Position numbers and translations under genes: made by a program. Below are positions 9,094 to 17,130 of a stretch of 64,000 nucleotides of DNA, piece after piece. Source of the stretch: Candidatus Iainarchaeum sp. (GTDB lineage: Archaea > Iainarchaeota > Iainarchaeia > Iainarchaeales > UBA10191); assembly GCA_030649735.1 (NCBI GenBank), contig JAUSFL010000023.1, forward strand, positions 44,617 to 108,616, in the 5' to 3' direction. The notes beneath the pieces are model-generated. The model was not told where the DNA came from. It worked only from the letters and a program-made list of their open reading frames with translations, and did not search any database. How positions within the stretch are numbered: the stretch's first letter is position 1; each line of letters starts with the position of its first letter.

Positions 9094-10757
9094 ATTTTCA
9101 ATTCCTTGTCTTGCTCGAAAGAAATGCCTTTCTTTAACGCGATTTCTGCCTTTTGCAGTTCTGTTCCAAGGTACATTGCGTGGCTTCCTTGCATGCTGAT
9201 GTCGTTTGAGATTCTGGAGTACAGTTCTTTTGCAGTCTTTCCGCCCCACATTCTTAATGCCTGCGAGCTTTCAGGATGCATTAAAGTGCATGAAATTTCT
9301 TCGCCTTTTAATTCCACGAGAAAGTTTCCTTTCGCATCTCTAAAGTCCTTGCGTGGTTTTCTGTAAAGCTTTAGGGCTGTTTCAACCTGCTGGTAGTAGT
9401 TGTTGTAGATTTGCGCGCTGCTTGAAATTATTATCAATAATCCGCAAGGCACTTTGATTGCTTCCGCAATTTCTTTCTGGATTGCGGCCATTCCGTAGGC
9501 GTTTTCAGGCCAGCCTTGAACCATGTCATGGCTTCTGAAATAAACTGTTAAATTCAATTTTTCGTCCTGGACCATTGCCTGAATCATCACTAAGCAAGGA
9601 GAGCTCTTGTGCTTTCTTAAAAGCTCGTCTGCGGGATGCCATGTCACTGCAACAATCGCTTTTGAGTAAGGGTCGCGCTTTAAGGTTTCAATCATGTCTT
9701 TCACTTGATTTATTTCCGCTTTTTCCCCGTTGAATTTCACGTTTTCGAGAATGAATTCTCCCTTTCCGAACTCGAAGTTTTGGATTGCGTCATTTTCCAA
9801 AAGTTCTTTCAGTTCCTTGCTTGAAGGGCTGTAGTAAGCGCGGAGCTTGTTTCCGTAAGTGTATGCCTTTCCTGCTGGCAGTTCTGGCGAAAGAATTTCT
9901 GACTGGTATGCGCGGATTTTTTCAACAGTCAATGGAATCAGGAATGGATTCAATGACAAGTCCATGTTTTGCGCGTCTTCAATAACGCACGCCATGTTGT
10001 TTATTTCCTTCACCCAGCGGTCAGTATTCGCGTTCATCAGGTTTTTTCTTCCGTAAGTGTAAATTGCGTGAATCATTTCCAGCCAGGTTTCAGGAATTGT
10101 TTTCCCCTGAACCAGTAAAGGCCCGCCTTCGAAAGGCAGGCTTTCACCCATTTCTTCAAACGCAAAAACCACTGGATTTTCCAAGAATACCTTTTTCTTT
10201 TCCAATGTTTTCAAAAGCTCATTTGCTCTTTCAATTTTTTCATCCAATGATGCATTGGGCATTTCAGAGTTCAAATCTATCAATTGCACGTTTTCCGAGA
10301 CTTTTTGAATCATTCCTGTGGGGATGTTCTTGTCAAAGTAAACCGCGCTTTCAAATCCTGGAATTTTTCTTTCGCCAGTAATTCCTTGCTTGAAAAACGC
10401 GCGGATTGCGTTAGCGCTTGTCACTTGCTGCAGGCCTTGGTTGTTTGGGGAAGCGCAGGCATACTCGTTGCCGAGCATTATCATATAGCGTATTTGCGGG
10501 TTTGCAAGTAAATTCCTGACCATTCCCGCAAGCCCTGCTGGAGTGTAAAAGTTTGTCGCGATTGCAAGGTTTTCTTTGGAAAGCTTTGGCATTATTACAT
10601 CACGCATTGTCCAGAGGAAAGTGACTGAGACTTGCGCGTCATTAAGTTCTGCGTCTTTTCCGACAGCGAACGAGACCCTGTCTTTCACAACCACTGGCCA
10701 GCCTTTGCCTCCAGTGCTGTCTTTCTGGTTTTTTATTTCATCAATCAATCCAGCCAT
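9090..10757 (-). CDS. thyA: Thymidylate synthase fusion: MtrA-like N-domain + ThyA + DUF4346-like C-domain
   Basis: ThyA motifs YTYGNKL, SPCL, FRSHD...GWPEN, SAQIY; N-terminal VRNLLANPQIRY..LGNE; C-terminal DAKGNF...SHAMYLGTELQKAEIAL..G..FEQD. Confidence 0.8.
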   Translation of the reverse strand: MAGLIDEIKNQKDSTGGKGWPVVVKDRVSFAVGKDAELNDAQVSVTFLWTMRDVIMPKLSKENLAIATNFYTPAGLAGMVRNLLANPQIRYMIMLGNEYACASPNNQGLQQVTSANAIRAFFKQGITGERKIPGFESAVYFDKNIPTGMIQKVSENVQLIDLNSEMPNASLDEKIERANELLKTLEKKKVFLENPVVFAFEEMGESLPFEGGPLLVQGKTIPETWLEMIHAIYTYGRKNLMNANTDRWVKEINNMACVIEDAQNMDLSLNPFLIPLTVEKIRAYQSEILSPELPAGKAYTYGNKLRAYYSPSSKELKELLENDAIQNFEFGKGEFILENVKFNGEKAEINQVKDMIETLKRDPYSKAIVAVTWHPADELLRKHKSSPCLVMIQAMVQDEKLNLTVYFRSHDMVQGWPENAYGMAAIQKEIAEAIKVPCGLLIIISSSAQIYNNYYQQVETALKLYRKPRKDFRDAKGNFLVELKGEEISCTLMHPESSQALRMWGGKTAKELYSRISNDISMQGSHAMYLGTELQKAEIALKKGISFEQDKELKI

Positions 10758-10817
10758 TGCTATTCCCTTTTTTTTAAATAGTCTGCAAAATGATTAAAAC
10801 CAGAACGTTGGTTTTGT

Positions 10818-11459
10818 TCAGTTTTTAAAAAGCAAGTCCAGCTCTTTTTGCACTTGAATCCAGACTTCTTCAATGCTTTTGCTTCCGTCAATGACTTTGA
10901 TATTGTGGTCTGGAAGCAGTTTTGGAAGTTCCAAGTAATTCTGCCTTGCCTTTTCCAAAAAGCCTGTTTTTTCAAACTTTTCATTCTTGAAATTTCCCGT
11001 AATTTTTTTCCTTTCATTGTCTATTGCAGAGCGCTGCATTGCAAGTTCTGCAGGGCAGTCAATTAACAGCACTAAATCCGGCTTTTGCACTTTTGCATGA
11101 AGCTTGATGATTTTTTGCAAGTCATTGCCTTGGGCTTTTTGGTAAGCGAAAGTAGAGTACATGAACCTGTCGCAAAGCACTATTGTTCCCTGCTTCAAGT
11201 TTGGCAAAATCAGATTCTGCAAGTGGTCTTGCCTGTCCTTTAAATAAAGCTCGAGGTATTTTTCTGCATTGGCTTCTGGCTCTGTGTCTTTGGATAGCAA
11301 TTCTCTAATCATTGTCCCATATTTCCTGTATGTAGGCTCGCGCGTCAAGAGAATGTAATTCTTTTTTGATTTTTTGAAAATGTAATTTGCTGCCTTCAAG
11401 AACTGCGTGCTTTTTCCGCACCCGTCAATGCCTTCCCAAATTATGAATTTTCCTTGCAT
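10818..11459 (-). CDS. tmk: Thymidylate kinase
   Basis: FIIWEGIDGCGKSTQ, TREP, VLCDRFMYSTFAYQ, KPDLVLLID. Confidence 0.95.
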   Translation of the reverse strand: MQGKFIIWEGIDGCGKSTQFLKAANYIFKKSKKNYILLTREPTYRKYGTMIRELLSKDTEPEANAEKYLELYLKDRQDHLQNLILPNLKQGTIVLCDRFMYSTFAYQKAQGNDLQKIIKLHAKVQKPDLVLLIDCPAELAMQRSAIDNERKKITGNFKNEKFEKTGFLEKARQNYLELPKLLPDHNIKVIDGSKSIEEVWIQVQKELDLLFKN

Positions 11460-11554
11460 TTCAGATTGAATGAATTTACTGTTTTAAAAGCCTTTAGTGA
11501 CATTACTTGTTTTACAAAGATGAATTCAAGCAAAATTTCAGAAAGTGTTTTTTT

Positions 11555-13309
11555 ATGCCTACCATCAGGAAGCCAATCATCACAGTCCTTGGGCATGTTG
11601 ACCATGGAAAGACCTCTTTTTTGGACGCCATTCGCGGAACCACTGTTGTTGAGAAGGAAGCCGGCAGGATTACGCAGCACATTGGCGCTACTGAAGTCCC
11701 AATAGAAGCAGTTACAAAGATTGCCGGCCCGCTTCTTGAAAAATACAAGTTTAATTTGACAATTCCCGGGCTTTTGTTCATTGACACTCCGGGCCATGAG
11801 GCTTTTTCAAACTTGCGCAGGAGAGGCGGAAGCATTGCGGACTTGGCTGTTTTGGTCATTGACATAATGCAGGCCTGCCAGCCCCAGACTTCTGAAAGCA
11901 TTGAAATCTTGAAGGCTTTCAAGGTTCCTTTTGTGATTGTTGCAAACAAGGTTGACTTGATTCAAGGCTGGGAAAAGCATCCTGGAATGAGCTTTACTGA
12001 AAGCATCAAGCTTCAGGAAGACTATGTTCAAACTGATTTGGATGAGAAAATTTACTGTCTGGTTGGGGAAATGTTCCACAAGGGCTTTGTGTGCGAGCGC
12101 TTTGACAGGATTTCTGATTTTACAAAGCAGGTTGCGATAATTCCTTTAAGCGCGAAAGACGCTGAAGGATTGCCTGAAGTTTTGCTTTTTCTTGCTGGCT
12201 TGAGCCAAAAGTTTTTGGAAAGCCAGTTGAGGATTGAAGTTTCAGGCCAGGGAAAGGGAACAGTGCTTGAAGTGAAGGAAGAGAAAGGGTTGGGAAAAAC
12301 AATTGATGTCATTTTGTATGATGGCTCTTTGAAAGTCGGCGATGAGATTATTGTCGGCGCAGTTAATGGGTTTGTGAAAACCAAGATTCGCGCCTTGCTC
12401 CAGCCAAAGCCCTTGGATGAAATTCGCTCTCCAGAGCAAAAGTTTGATTCAGTCAGGGAAGTAAGCGCTGCAGTTGGAATAAAGATTGCAGCCCCGAATT
12501 TGGAAGGCGTTCTTGCAGGCAGTCCTTTGATTGTTTACCAAAAGCCAGAGGATGAAGAGGAAGTGCTCAAGGAAGTTGTTGGATTGAACATTGAGTCAGA
12601 GGCTTTGGGGCCTGTTGTGAGGACTGATGCATTGGGCAGTTTGGAGGCCTTGACAATGCTTTTGGACAAGGCCGGAATCAAGCCGCGCTTTGCGTCAGTT
12701 GGCGAGGTTTCAAGAAGGGACATTATTGAGGCTGTCGGCGTTGCCAAAGAAGACAAGTTCAAGGGAGTTGTTTTTGCATTCAACACAAAATTGAATGACG
12801 GCGCTGTTGAAGAATTGAAAAAAAATCCAGTGAAAGTTTTTTCAGCAAATGTCATTTACAGGCTCATTGAAGATTATGAAAAGTGGGTTAGTGATGAAAA
12901 CGCGGCAGAGAAAAAGTCTGTTTTGGAAAAAATCGTGTTTCCTGCAAGAATCATTGTGGTCCGAAATTGCATTTTTCGCAACGCAAATCCCGCGATTGTT
13001 GGAGTGAAGGTTTTGGGCGGCAAATTAAGGCCTGGCGCCAAATTGTTCAATGGCGAGAAATTGCTTGGCGAAGTCATTGCAATACAGGACAAGGGAAGCA
13101 ATTTGCAGGAATTAAAGCAAGGCCAAGAGGCCGCGATTTCCATAACTGACGCGGTTTGCGGCCGCAATCTTTTCGAAGAGGACGAGCTTTTGACAGTGCT
13201 TTCAGTCAATGATTATGCGGAAATTTTGAAAATAAAGGACGCCTTTACGCAGGCTGAATTGGACTTGGCTGAAGAAATCAGGAACAAGTTAAGGAAGCAA
13301 AGCAAGTAG
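11555..13309 (+). CDS. infB: Translation initiation factor aIF5B (IF2)
   Basis: IRKPIITVLGHVDHGKT, TQHIGA, DTPGHEAFSNLRRRGG, NKVD; no intein. Confidence 0.97.
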   Translation: MPTIRKPIITVLGHVDHGKTSFLDAIRGTTVVEKEAGRITQHIGATEVPIEAVTKIAGPLLEKYKFNLTIPGLLFIDTPGHEAFSNLRRRGGSIADLAVLVIDIMQACQPQTSESIEILKAFKVPFVIVANKVDLIQGWEKHPGMSFTESIKLQEDYVQTDLDEKIYCLVGEMFHKGFVCERFDRISDFTKQVAIIPLSAKDAEGLPEVLLFLAGLSQKFLESQLRIEVSGQGKGTVLEVKEEKGLGKTIDVILYDGSLKVGDEIIVGAVNGFVKTKIRALLQPKPLDEIRSPEQKFDSVREVSAAVGIKIAAPNLEGVLAGSPLIVYQKPEDEEEVLKEVVGLNIESEALGPVVRTDALGSLEALTMLLDKAGIKPRFASVGEVSRRDIIEAVGVAKEDKFKGVVFAFNTKLNDGAVEELKKNPVKVFSANVIYRLIEDYEKWVSDENAAEKKSVLEKIVFPARIIVVRNCIFRNANPAIVGVKVLGGKLRPGAKLFNGEKLLGEVIAIQDKGSNLQELKQGQEAAISITDAVCGRNLFEEDELLTVLSVNDYAEILKIKDAFTQAELDLAEEIRNKLRKQSK

Positions 13310-13321
13310 TTTTTCCGCACA

Positions 13322-13331
13322 TTTTTTAAAT
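13322..13331 (+). promoter_or_regulatory. TATA-like box for the ilv leader/ilvBN transcript
   Basis: TTTTTTAAAT ending about 23 nt before the leader ATG (13354), the spacing expected for a leaderless transcript. Confidence 0.55.
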
Positions 13332-13353
13332 TCCTCGCAAGTTATTTATTGTC

Positions 13354-13431
13354 ATGTTTAGTGCAATGCCATCAAAAGTTCTGCTGCCAGTCGCTGTTTT
13401 GGTAGTCTTGGTTGTTGCACTGGTTGCTTAA
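13354..13431 (+). CDS. Putative ilvBN leader peptide (25 aa, MFSAMPSKVLLPVAVLVVLVVALVA)
   Basis: Translated by hand; 8 Val + 5 Leu codons in the last 17; ends 86 nt before ilvB; hairpin starts right after the stop. Confidence 0.7.
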   Translation: MFSAMPSKVLLPVAVLVVLVVALVA

Positions 13432-13464
13432 GCATTCCTGAAAAAAATCGAATTCTGGGAGTGC
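13432..13464 (+). promoter_or_regulatory. Stem-loop immediately after the ilv leader stop codon
   Basis: GCATTCCTG (13432-13440) pairs with TGGGAGTGC (13456-13464), 3 G-U pairs; no following U-tract. Confidence 0.5.
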
Positions 13465-13517
13465 GGGATTAAAAAGTTCAGAAGTCTTTAGAAAAAAAGG
13501 AAAGAAAGTGGAAAAAA

Positions 13518-15221
13518 ATGAATGGTGCTGAGGCAGTGTTGAAGGCATTGCAGGAAGAGAAAGTCAGGCATTCTTTCGGGGTTACTGGCGGTTCTGTAAT
13601 TCCATTGTTTGACGAGTACTTCAAGGACAATCATGAAATCAGGCACATTCCAGTAAGGCATGAGCAGGGCGCTGCGCACGCGGCTGACGGCTATGCAAGG
13701 GCTTCTGGAAAGCCAGGAGTTTGCATTGCGACTTCAGGCCCTGGAGCAACTAATTTGGTCACTGGAATAATGACTGCTTTCATGGATTCTAGTCCAATGG
13801 TTGCTTTGGGCGGGCAGGTTGCTACTTCGCTGATTGGGAATGACGCCTTTCAAGAGTCTGACATGATGGGAATAACTCTTCCAATAACAAAGCATAATTT
13901 TCAAATCCGCTCTCCGGAAAAAATCAATTCCACAATAAAGAACGCGTTCAAGATTGCGACCACTGGAAGGCCCGGGCCTGTTTACATTGACTTGCCTAAA
14001 GACACTTTAATGAAGGAAGTTTCTGCTGTGGAGAAAGTTCCATTGCATGGCTATAAGCCGAACTTGAAAGGCCATCCATTGCAGGTGAAAAAGGCTGCAG
14101 AGCTTTTGCTGAATGCCGAAAGGCCTGTCTTGCTTTTGGGCGGCGGAGTCATTCTTGCAAACGCCGCAAAGGAAGCTGCAGAATTGGCTTTGGAATTCAA
14201 CATTCCAGTAATAACCACTTTAATGGGAAAGTCGGCATTTCCTGAAACAAATGCTCTCTCGCTTGGAATGCTTGGCATGCATGGGAGAAAATGCGCGAAT
14301 TACGCTATTTCCAATGCTGATGTGGTTTTGGCTGTCGGCTGCAGGTTTAATGACAGGATTACTGGAAAGCTTTCAACATTCTTGAAGGACGCAAAATTAA
14401 TCCACATTGACGTTGATAATTCAGAGATTGGAAAAATCGTTCCTTCAGCAATTCCGATTGTTGGGGACGCAAAGCTTGTTTTGCAAGACTTGCTTTTGGC
14501 CGCAAAAAAGTTTTCTTTAGCGAAGAAAACAACTTGGTCTGAAAAATTAAAGGTTTTGGCGAAAGAATGCGACTGTGACTTGAATATTTCTTCAAATCCG
14601 GCAGACCCTAAAAGAGTGATTTTTGAAATTTCCAAAGTCCTCAAGGAAAATGACATTGTAACCACTGGGGTAGGCCAGCATCAAATGTTTGCAGCGCACT
14701 TCCTAAAGCGCGATAGGCCAAGGACTTTCATTTCCAGCGGCGGCGCCGGAACAATGGGATTTGGATTTCCTGCCGCGATTGGCGCAAGGCTTGCAAGGCC
14801 GGATTCTGAAGTTTTCAACATTGATGGCGATGGAAGCTTTGGAATGAATGTCCAGGAGCTTGCAACCTGCAGGTTTGAAAACATTAAGGTCATTCCGGTA
14901 ATTTTCAATAATTCTTACTTAGGAATGGTCAGGCAGTGGCTTGAACTGTTTTATGAAAAGCGGTATTCCACTGTTGACTTGGGGCAAAGCACTGACTTTT
15001 CTAAAATTTCTGAAGGCTTTGGAGTGAAGGGATTGAGGGTTGAAAGGCCTTCAGAGCTTGCTGAAGCGTTCCAGGCCGCGTTGAAGAATGATGAAACAAC
15101 TGTAATTGATGTTGCAATCGCGCCAGAAGCAAACATCACTCCAATGTTTTCTGCGGGCTCTTCAGTCTTTGAAATGTTCGGACCTTGCATTACTGAAAAT
15201 TATTTTAAGAGGGCATTGTAA
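13518..15221 (+). CDS. ilvB: Acetolactate synthase large subunit (biosynthetic type)
   Basis: RHEQGAAHAADGYAR, TSGPGATN, DAFQE, RPGPVYIDLPKD, GMLGMHG, TPP motif GDGSF...NN, LGMVRQW. Confidence 0.96.
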   Translation: MNGAEAVLKALQEEKVRHSFGVTGGSVIPLFDEYFKDNHEIRHIPVRHEQGAAHAADGYARASGKPGVCIATSGPGATNLVTGIMTAFMDSSPMVALGGQVATSLIGNDAFQESDMMGITLPITKHNFQIRSPEKINSTIKNAFKIATTGRPGPVYIDLPKDTLMKEVSAVEKVPLHGYKPNLKGHPLQVKKAAELLLNAERPVLLLGGGVILANAAKEAAELALEFNIPVITTLMGKSAFPETNALSLGMLGMHGRKCANYAISNADVVLAVGCRFNDRITGKLSTFLKDAKLIHIDVDNSEIGKIVPSAIPIVGDAKLVLQDLLLAAKKFSLAKKTTWSEKLKVLAKECDCDLNISSNPADPKRVIFEISKVLKENDIVTTGVGQHQMFAAHFLKRDRPRTFISSGGAGTMGFGFPAAIGARLARPDSEVFNIDGDGSFGMNVQELATCRFENIKVIPVIFNNSYLGMVRQWLELFYEKRYSTVDLGQSTDFSKISEGFGVKGLRVERPSELAEAFQAALKNDETTVIDVAIAPEANITPMFSAGSSVFEMFGPCITENYFKRAL

Positions 15222-15724
15222 TGAGTTTTGAGAAAAAATCCAATGGGTTGAGAAAGCACATTGTTGGAATGCTTGTGAATGACGAGCCCGGGGTTTTGGC
15301 AAAGATTTCCGGAATGTTCACTCGCCGCGGCTTTAACATTGACACTATCATTGTCGGAAAGACAAACATTCCTGATGTTTCCCACATTGTAATAAGCCTT
15401 TTGGGGAATGACAGGACTATAGAGCAGTTGGACAAGCAATTGTACAAAATGATTGACATTGTAAAGCTTGCTGACTTTAGCGAGTCAAATGCAGTGGTTC
15501 GAGAGCATTGCCTCTTGAAGGTTTCTTCCACTGAAAAAAGCGTTGAGCACTTGAATAATGTATGCAAACTTTTCGAGGCCCGCGTGCTTCACGTGAACAC
15601 TGAAAGCGTCATTGTGGAACTCGCAAGCTCTCCTTCAAAAATTGATTCATTGATTGAAACCCTTGCCCCTTTTGGAATCAAGGAATTAAGCAGGACCGGA
15701 GTCAACGCGCTGCAGAAAGACTGA
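15221..15724 (+). CDS. ilvN: Acetolactate synthase small regulatory subunit (ACT domain)
   Basis: VNDEPGVLAKISGMFTRRGFNIDTI, KQLYKMIDIV, FGIKELSRTG; TAATG overlap with ilvB. Confidence 0.93.
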   Translation: MSFEKKSNGLRKHIVGMLVNDEPGVLAKISGMFTRRGFNIDTIIVGKTNIPDVSHIVISLLGNDRTIEQLDKQLYKMIDIVKLADFSESNAVVREHCLLKVSSTEKSVEHLNNVCKLFEARVLHVNTESVIVELASSPSKIDSLIETLAPFGIKELSRTGVNALQKD

Positions 15725-15725
15725 C

Positions 15726-15746
15726 TTTTTTTTGGTTTTTGGTTTT
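15726..15746 (+). terminator. Oligo-T archaeal-type terminator after ilvN
   Basis: T8-GG-T5-GG-T4 directly after the stop. Confidence 0.5.
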
Positions 15747-15789
15747 AAAAACTGGCATATTTTAAATTCTTGGAATTCTTTATTGTTTA

Positions 15790-16509
15790 ATGCCTCAAAT
15801 CATCCGTCAAGGCGTTGCTGCCAAGTGGCGTTCTGAAAGACTGCAGCAAGCGCGGAAAAGCCTTCATGACAAATTAAGGGTTTTCAAAGGGGCCAGCGCG
15901 CATCAGAGGAGAATGTACGCTGACTTGAGGAAAACAATTGTTTTTGGAAAGAAATTCCTTTCAACTTTTCCTGAAATTGAAGTGCGCGGGAAGAAAAGGA
16001 AAAAATTTGCATTATTTCTTTCTAGGACTGATTGGGAGTCTCCGGTTTCAATTGCATTGAATGTCCAGGACGTGCCAAAGGGAAGCAACTTGCCTGGCGC
16101 TTGGCATCCCAGGCTAATGCAAAGCAAGCTTGCTGAAGCCGGCTTGGAATTTGACAAAAATAGTGTAATAATGACTCTTCAAGGAAGGCAATTAACTGAA
16201 AGAGAGCAGAAAGCCAAGCCATTGCTTGACTTGTTCAAAAACTGTTCTGGAAAATCTTGGGCTGACTTTCTTGTTGAAAGAGTTGAAGAGCACGCAAGGC
16301 AATTGGGCTTTAAGCAATGCAAAATCAGGGAGCCAAGCACGCTCGTATTTTACCAAACTCCAGTGGTTTCAAAGCCTGGCAGTTCCAGAAGGCCTGCAAC
16401 TGATGGGGAAAAATTGAAAATCAGGCAGCAAATGCACAAGCTGTATGACGGCACTGCATTAAGCCACCATTACAGGAAAGAAGGAGAATTTTGGGTCAAG
16501 GATTTGTAA
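15790..16509 (+). CDS. Orphan basic protein, possibly a divergent VirK/YbjX- or GNAT-like fold
   Basis: 239 aa with own TATA; TLQG...FLVERVEEHARQLGF...LYD...FWVKDL pattern. Confidence 0.6.
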   Translation: MPQIIRQGVAAKWRSERLQQARKSLHDKLRVFKGASAHQRRMYADLRKTIVFGKKFLSTFPEIEVRGKKRKKFALFLSRTDWESPVSIALNVQDVPKGSNLPGAWHPRLMQSKLAEAGLEFDKNSVIMTLQGRQLTEREQKAKPLLDLFKNCSGKSWADFLVERVEEHARQLGFKQCKIREPSTLVFYQTPVVSKPGSSRRPATDGEKLKIRQQMHKLYDGTALSHHYRKEGEFWVKDL

Positions 16510-16622
16510 GTTTAAAAAGCAGGGGCTTTTTAAAGATTTTCCACCAATTTTACTGTATTAATTCCTAATTTTTTGGAATTTCTGCATTTTCGTCTGGGAA
16601 ACTGGCGAGGGGGTTGTTTTCA

Positions 16623-17114
16623 ATGCAGTTAATAATCAGCGATCCTAAAAACGCAAAGGCTTTTGCAAAAAAAATCGAGGATTCAAAGCCTTTTATTGGA
16701 AAAAAAGTCGGTGACACTGTCCAGCTTTCAAGCGTTGGCTTGGAAGGCTATGAGGCAAAAATTACTGGCGGCAGTGACAAGACTGGCACTCCAATGCGCT
16801 TTGACATTCCAGGCATTGGCAGAAAGAAAGTTTACATTACAACAGGCCCTGGATTTGTTCCTTTAAGGAAAGGCCAGAGGAGAAGGGTTTTCGTGCGCGG
16901 AAACGCTGTTGCTGAAGACATTCATCAATTGAACCTGAAAGTCACAAAATTCGGCTCAAAATCTTTGGAAGAGTATTTCCCAAAGGCTGAAAAGAAGGAA
17001 GAAGAGCAAAAATTGAGCGTTAAGGAAGAAATGGTAAAGAAGTCCTTGGATTCAGTCGACAAAGTGACTGCTGAAGAAGCGGCTGCAATGGTCAAGGAAA
17101 TCAAAAAGCATTAA
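16623..17114 (+). CDS. rps6e: 30S ribosomal protein S6e (with C-terminal extension)
   Basis: LIISDPK, FIGKKVGD, KITGGSDKTGTPMR.D, GQRRR..VRGN, QLNLKV. Confidence 0.95.
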   Translation: MQLIISDPKNAKAFAKKIEDSKPFIGKKVGDTVQLSSVGLEGYEAKITGGSDKTGTPMRFDIPGIGRKKVYITTGPGFVPLRKGQRRRVFVRGNAVAEDIHQLNLKVTKFGSKSLEEYFPKAEKKEEEQKLSVKEEMVKKSLDSVDKVTAEEAAAMVKEIKKH

Positions 17115-17130
17115 AGAGTGGTTTTGAATA

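Noticed and set aside
10200-10757. Evidence for methanogenesis from the MtrA-like domain
   Set aside because: The domain is fused to ThyA, lacks the cobamide-ligating His, and no other mtr or mcr genes are present.
13432-13480. Classical intrinsic terminator in the ilv leader
   Set aside because: The hairpin is followed by GGGATTAAAAAG rather than a U-tract, so it is reported only as a stem-loop.
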